From: the human T2T-CHM13v2.0 reference genome, Homo sapiens
Reading direction: 5' to 3' (one strand)
Length of the DNA stretch: 64,000 nt
Assembly: GCF_009914755.1 (NCBI RefSeq)
Contig: NC_060925.1
The notes below the pieces were generated by a model. The model saw only the letters and a list, made by a program, of their open reading frames with translations, searched no databases and was not told the DNA's origin. A program made the translations under genes and the position numbers. Shown piece after piece: positions 61,411 to 64,000 of the stretch (the first letter of the stretch is position 1; each line of letters opens with the position of its first letter).

Positions 61411-64000
61411 GTCATAAATCCATGCATCTGGCTCTTAAATTTGTAAGACACACCCAGATATTTCTGACTTTTGTAGCTGAGATTCCTTTCTTTAAGTGTA
61501 TTTGTTTGCTTGTACTTCTGACAATTTGAACTCTGCTAAGTATGTATACTGCCTGTTTGTTGAATGAATTGAAGCAAGTATTTAGGGAATACACATATTA
61601 TATACACACAGACATCTATCATACTTTTAGCAGTGTCTCTGATTCCCCTATTTTGTGAATAAAATGTTTGCTTCATAAATATGGTTTTGTTTTCTCTGAA
61701 AACACAGTCAAAGTGCTGCATACATTTGTTTGGTTGTTGTGGAAACAATCAAAGCTGAAGTTAGGTCTATTCTCCCAACATGTGGAAATTTCAACAATGT
61801 TTAATGATTCCTTTCTAAGGACTTGCAAGCAGACTTTTCTCTTCTTCATCAACATTTTACCTCTTCCTTCATAATTTTTATTTTCTTTATCCCTAACTAA
61901 TGACTAGATTTATTTTGAAAAATATTAATGTTAAGGAATTGCCTAAGAGCAATTAAAACTTTGAAATGAATTACAGTATTCTTATCCTAAAATTTAAAAC
62001 ACATATCCCAATAAGAATTATTTCAGTTCAAAAATATTCTTGAAGATGGTATTTATTTTCTTTTTGTTTGCTTTCAGGGTACCTTGAGAACGTTGGAAAG
62101 CTTGTTAATTAAATCTTATTAAATAGCATGACTTAAAATGTATCTTCTCTTGTATCTCTGATTATGCCTTATCAGTGCATAGATGTATTTTAATGTTAAA
62201 AATGTCATCTTACATTTAGGATTACATGTAAAGCTGAGAGTCTGAACTTTGTTGGCCATAAAAATCCCATGACTGTTTTTTGCAAGAGGGCTTTCTGCTG
62301 CTCTGGCCAAAGTCATCTAAGCAATAACATCCTACTCTATATACCTCAAAGCCCTGTGTTCATTATTAAGGAGTTCTTCTTTGCTTCTTGTTCTAAATAT
62401 CTGTGTAACATTGCTGAATTTATGTCAACAATTTTTTCTACATCTCATTCAGCAGTACATGAAGTGAAATGATCCATGCATTATACATATACTATGTGCA
62501 ATTTTGTTCAATGCATATATTTAAAGTTATACCCCTTATTGTTAAGTGGATAATCTCTTTGGAAGTGGAACAGAATGCTATTTAAGCCATATTAGATAAT
62601 ATGCTGTGCATGAATTCATCACTGATTTTATAAAATACACAAAATACATCACTTCATTGTCAAAACAATCATAAGGGCCTTTAAGTGGTCCTGAAAATTA
62701 CCTGTTCTAATATGAATAGGAATGTACTCAACTAAATGAGTCCTGAAATATACTTGACATTAGCTCAGCTCAAAGTCAGGAAACAGTTCTGCATTTGTTG
62801 ATTAGATGCAGATCATTTAAAAATGGTGCTGGACAGCAACATTATAAATGAGTAAGGATGGAGAAATATGGAACGCATGTATTGTAGATAAACTGAAAAC
62901 AGTAAAAGTAGATATAATAATCTGATTTTTTGCAGTATCCTAAAGCAGAAAACATAATTTATTAATTTTTTAATTCAGAAAACATCCCCAATCCTTTGAA
63001 TATGTATATTTATACTAACATTTTTGCATATAAAGGACATTATAATTGATTTGTCTTATATTAAGTGACTAAGAGTAGAATTTTTAGAAAGTGGGAGGGA
63101 CATGTTGACTTTCAGCTCATGAATGGCATTTTGAGGAGGCCACTTCCCAATGCCTAGGATTTCTTTGTTCTTTTGTCACCCTCTATTAATTTGGTGTTCG
63201 CTTCATATCCCAACTCATACCCTGGATGCCTTCATGGTGCATTTTCTTACAGCTCATGGATCTCACTATCCTCTTTGGACACAGAAAATTTACTGTCTTC
63301 ATGTATCTGTACTACTTGGCTCTTCTCAGATGCTGGTTTAGCTTTCTTTTAACTTTCCATAGCTTGCTGTTTTTTAAGTTTTCAACTGTGGTAGAGCCTC
63401 TGATTTATATATTTCTTAGCTTCTTCTATAATGCCTTGAAAATATTGATTAGTTTATAATGCAGCTCAGGGGGTTCTTGTTTTAGCTTTTCATATATTTA
63501 TTCATGTATAACTATCAATATAAAGTTAAGAACAATATATTTTTAAAAAGAACAAAGAAATTGGGAAAATTGCTATTAAATTATGTGTAGGCAGTGTTTA
63601 GACCCCAGAAGGCAGCAGTAAATATTCCTCTCATTATCAAGGAACCACTTTGAGTAAAGAAAAACTACAAGTAGCAGAAATCTGTAAGTGGAAAGGAAAA
63701 AGGAAGTGAGAGGCTGGATATTGATCTTGCCAAATGAAGCAGTGAAAGAAAATATTACATTGTGAATTTTTTTCCATTATTTTCTTAAGTACAACCCAGC
63801 AAGTCAGATTAAGAGAACAATGGTTGAGATGCTGGAAATAAATCCAACCCATCTGATAAATCACTAGGAAATGGGAAATAATAAAATTACTGAAAAGAGA
63901 AAAGAGTTCCTTAGAGTTTCAGACATTAGTTTTTTAAAAATAAAAAATGGTTTCTGAAGCACAAAAAAATTGTTTATTTTTGTATAATACATGTTGCCTT

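Noticed and set aside
62056-62150. Strong plus-strand acceptor (tttgctttcag) as a terminal exon
   Set aside because: Motif only; there is no ORF or partner donor to support it.

Overview
Human genomic DNA; a human-specific AluYa5 at 20370-20680 fixes the species. The window is AT-rich, CpG-depleted and dominated by transposable-element fossils. I find no supportable host protein-coding exon, RNA gene, CRISPR array or prokaryotic-type system, and I cannot name the locus. Nearly all long ORFs in the track are LINE-1 ORF1/ORF2/ORF0 remnants or spurious Alu/low-complexity frames. Main contents: (1) a full-length, dead L1PA4/5-type LINE-1 on the minus strand (about 1029-7186) that keeps the 129-bp ZNF93-target segment, its YY1 site and an open antisense ORF0; (2) an old L1PB-type element (about 18632-23090) that lost about 3 kb of ORF2 and hosts MER1B, an AluJ and the AluYa5; (3) solo LTRs MLT1D, MLT2A (DUX4-type motif plus an orphan poly(A) insertion) and MLT1F; (4) an ancient L1M (about 49-55.6 kb) with nested AluY, AluJ>L1PA8 and AluS; (5) many MIR, L2 and hAT fragments and microsatellites. 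Most L1/LTR copies are on the minus strand, which suggests, but does not prove, an intron of a plus-strand gene. I did not find a convincing new biological system. The most unusual signals are short dispersed duplications (25 bp and 51 bp), the poly(A)-only insertion, the L1 antisense-promoter/ORF0 unit facing good splice acceptors, and candidate CTCF/enhancer sites. Subfamily names come from recalled consensus motifs, and boundaries of old repeats are approximate.
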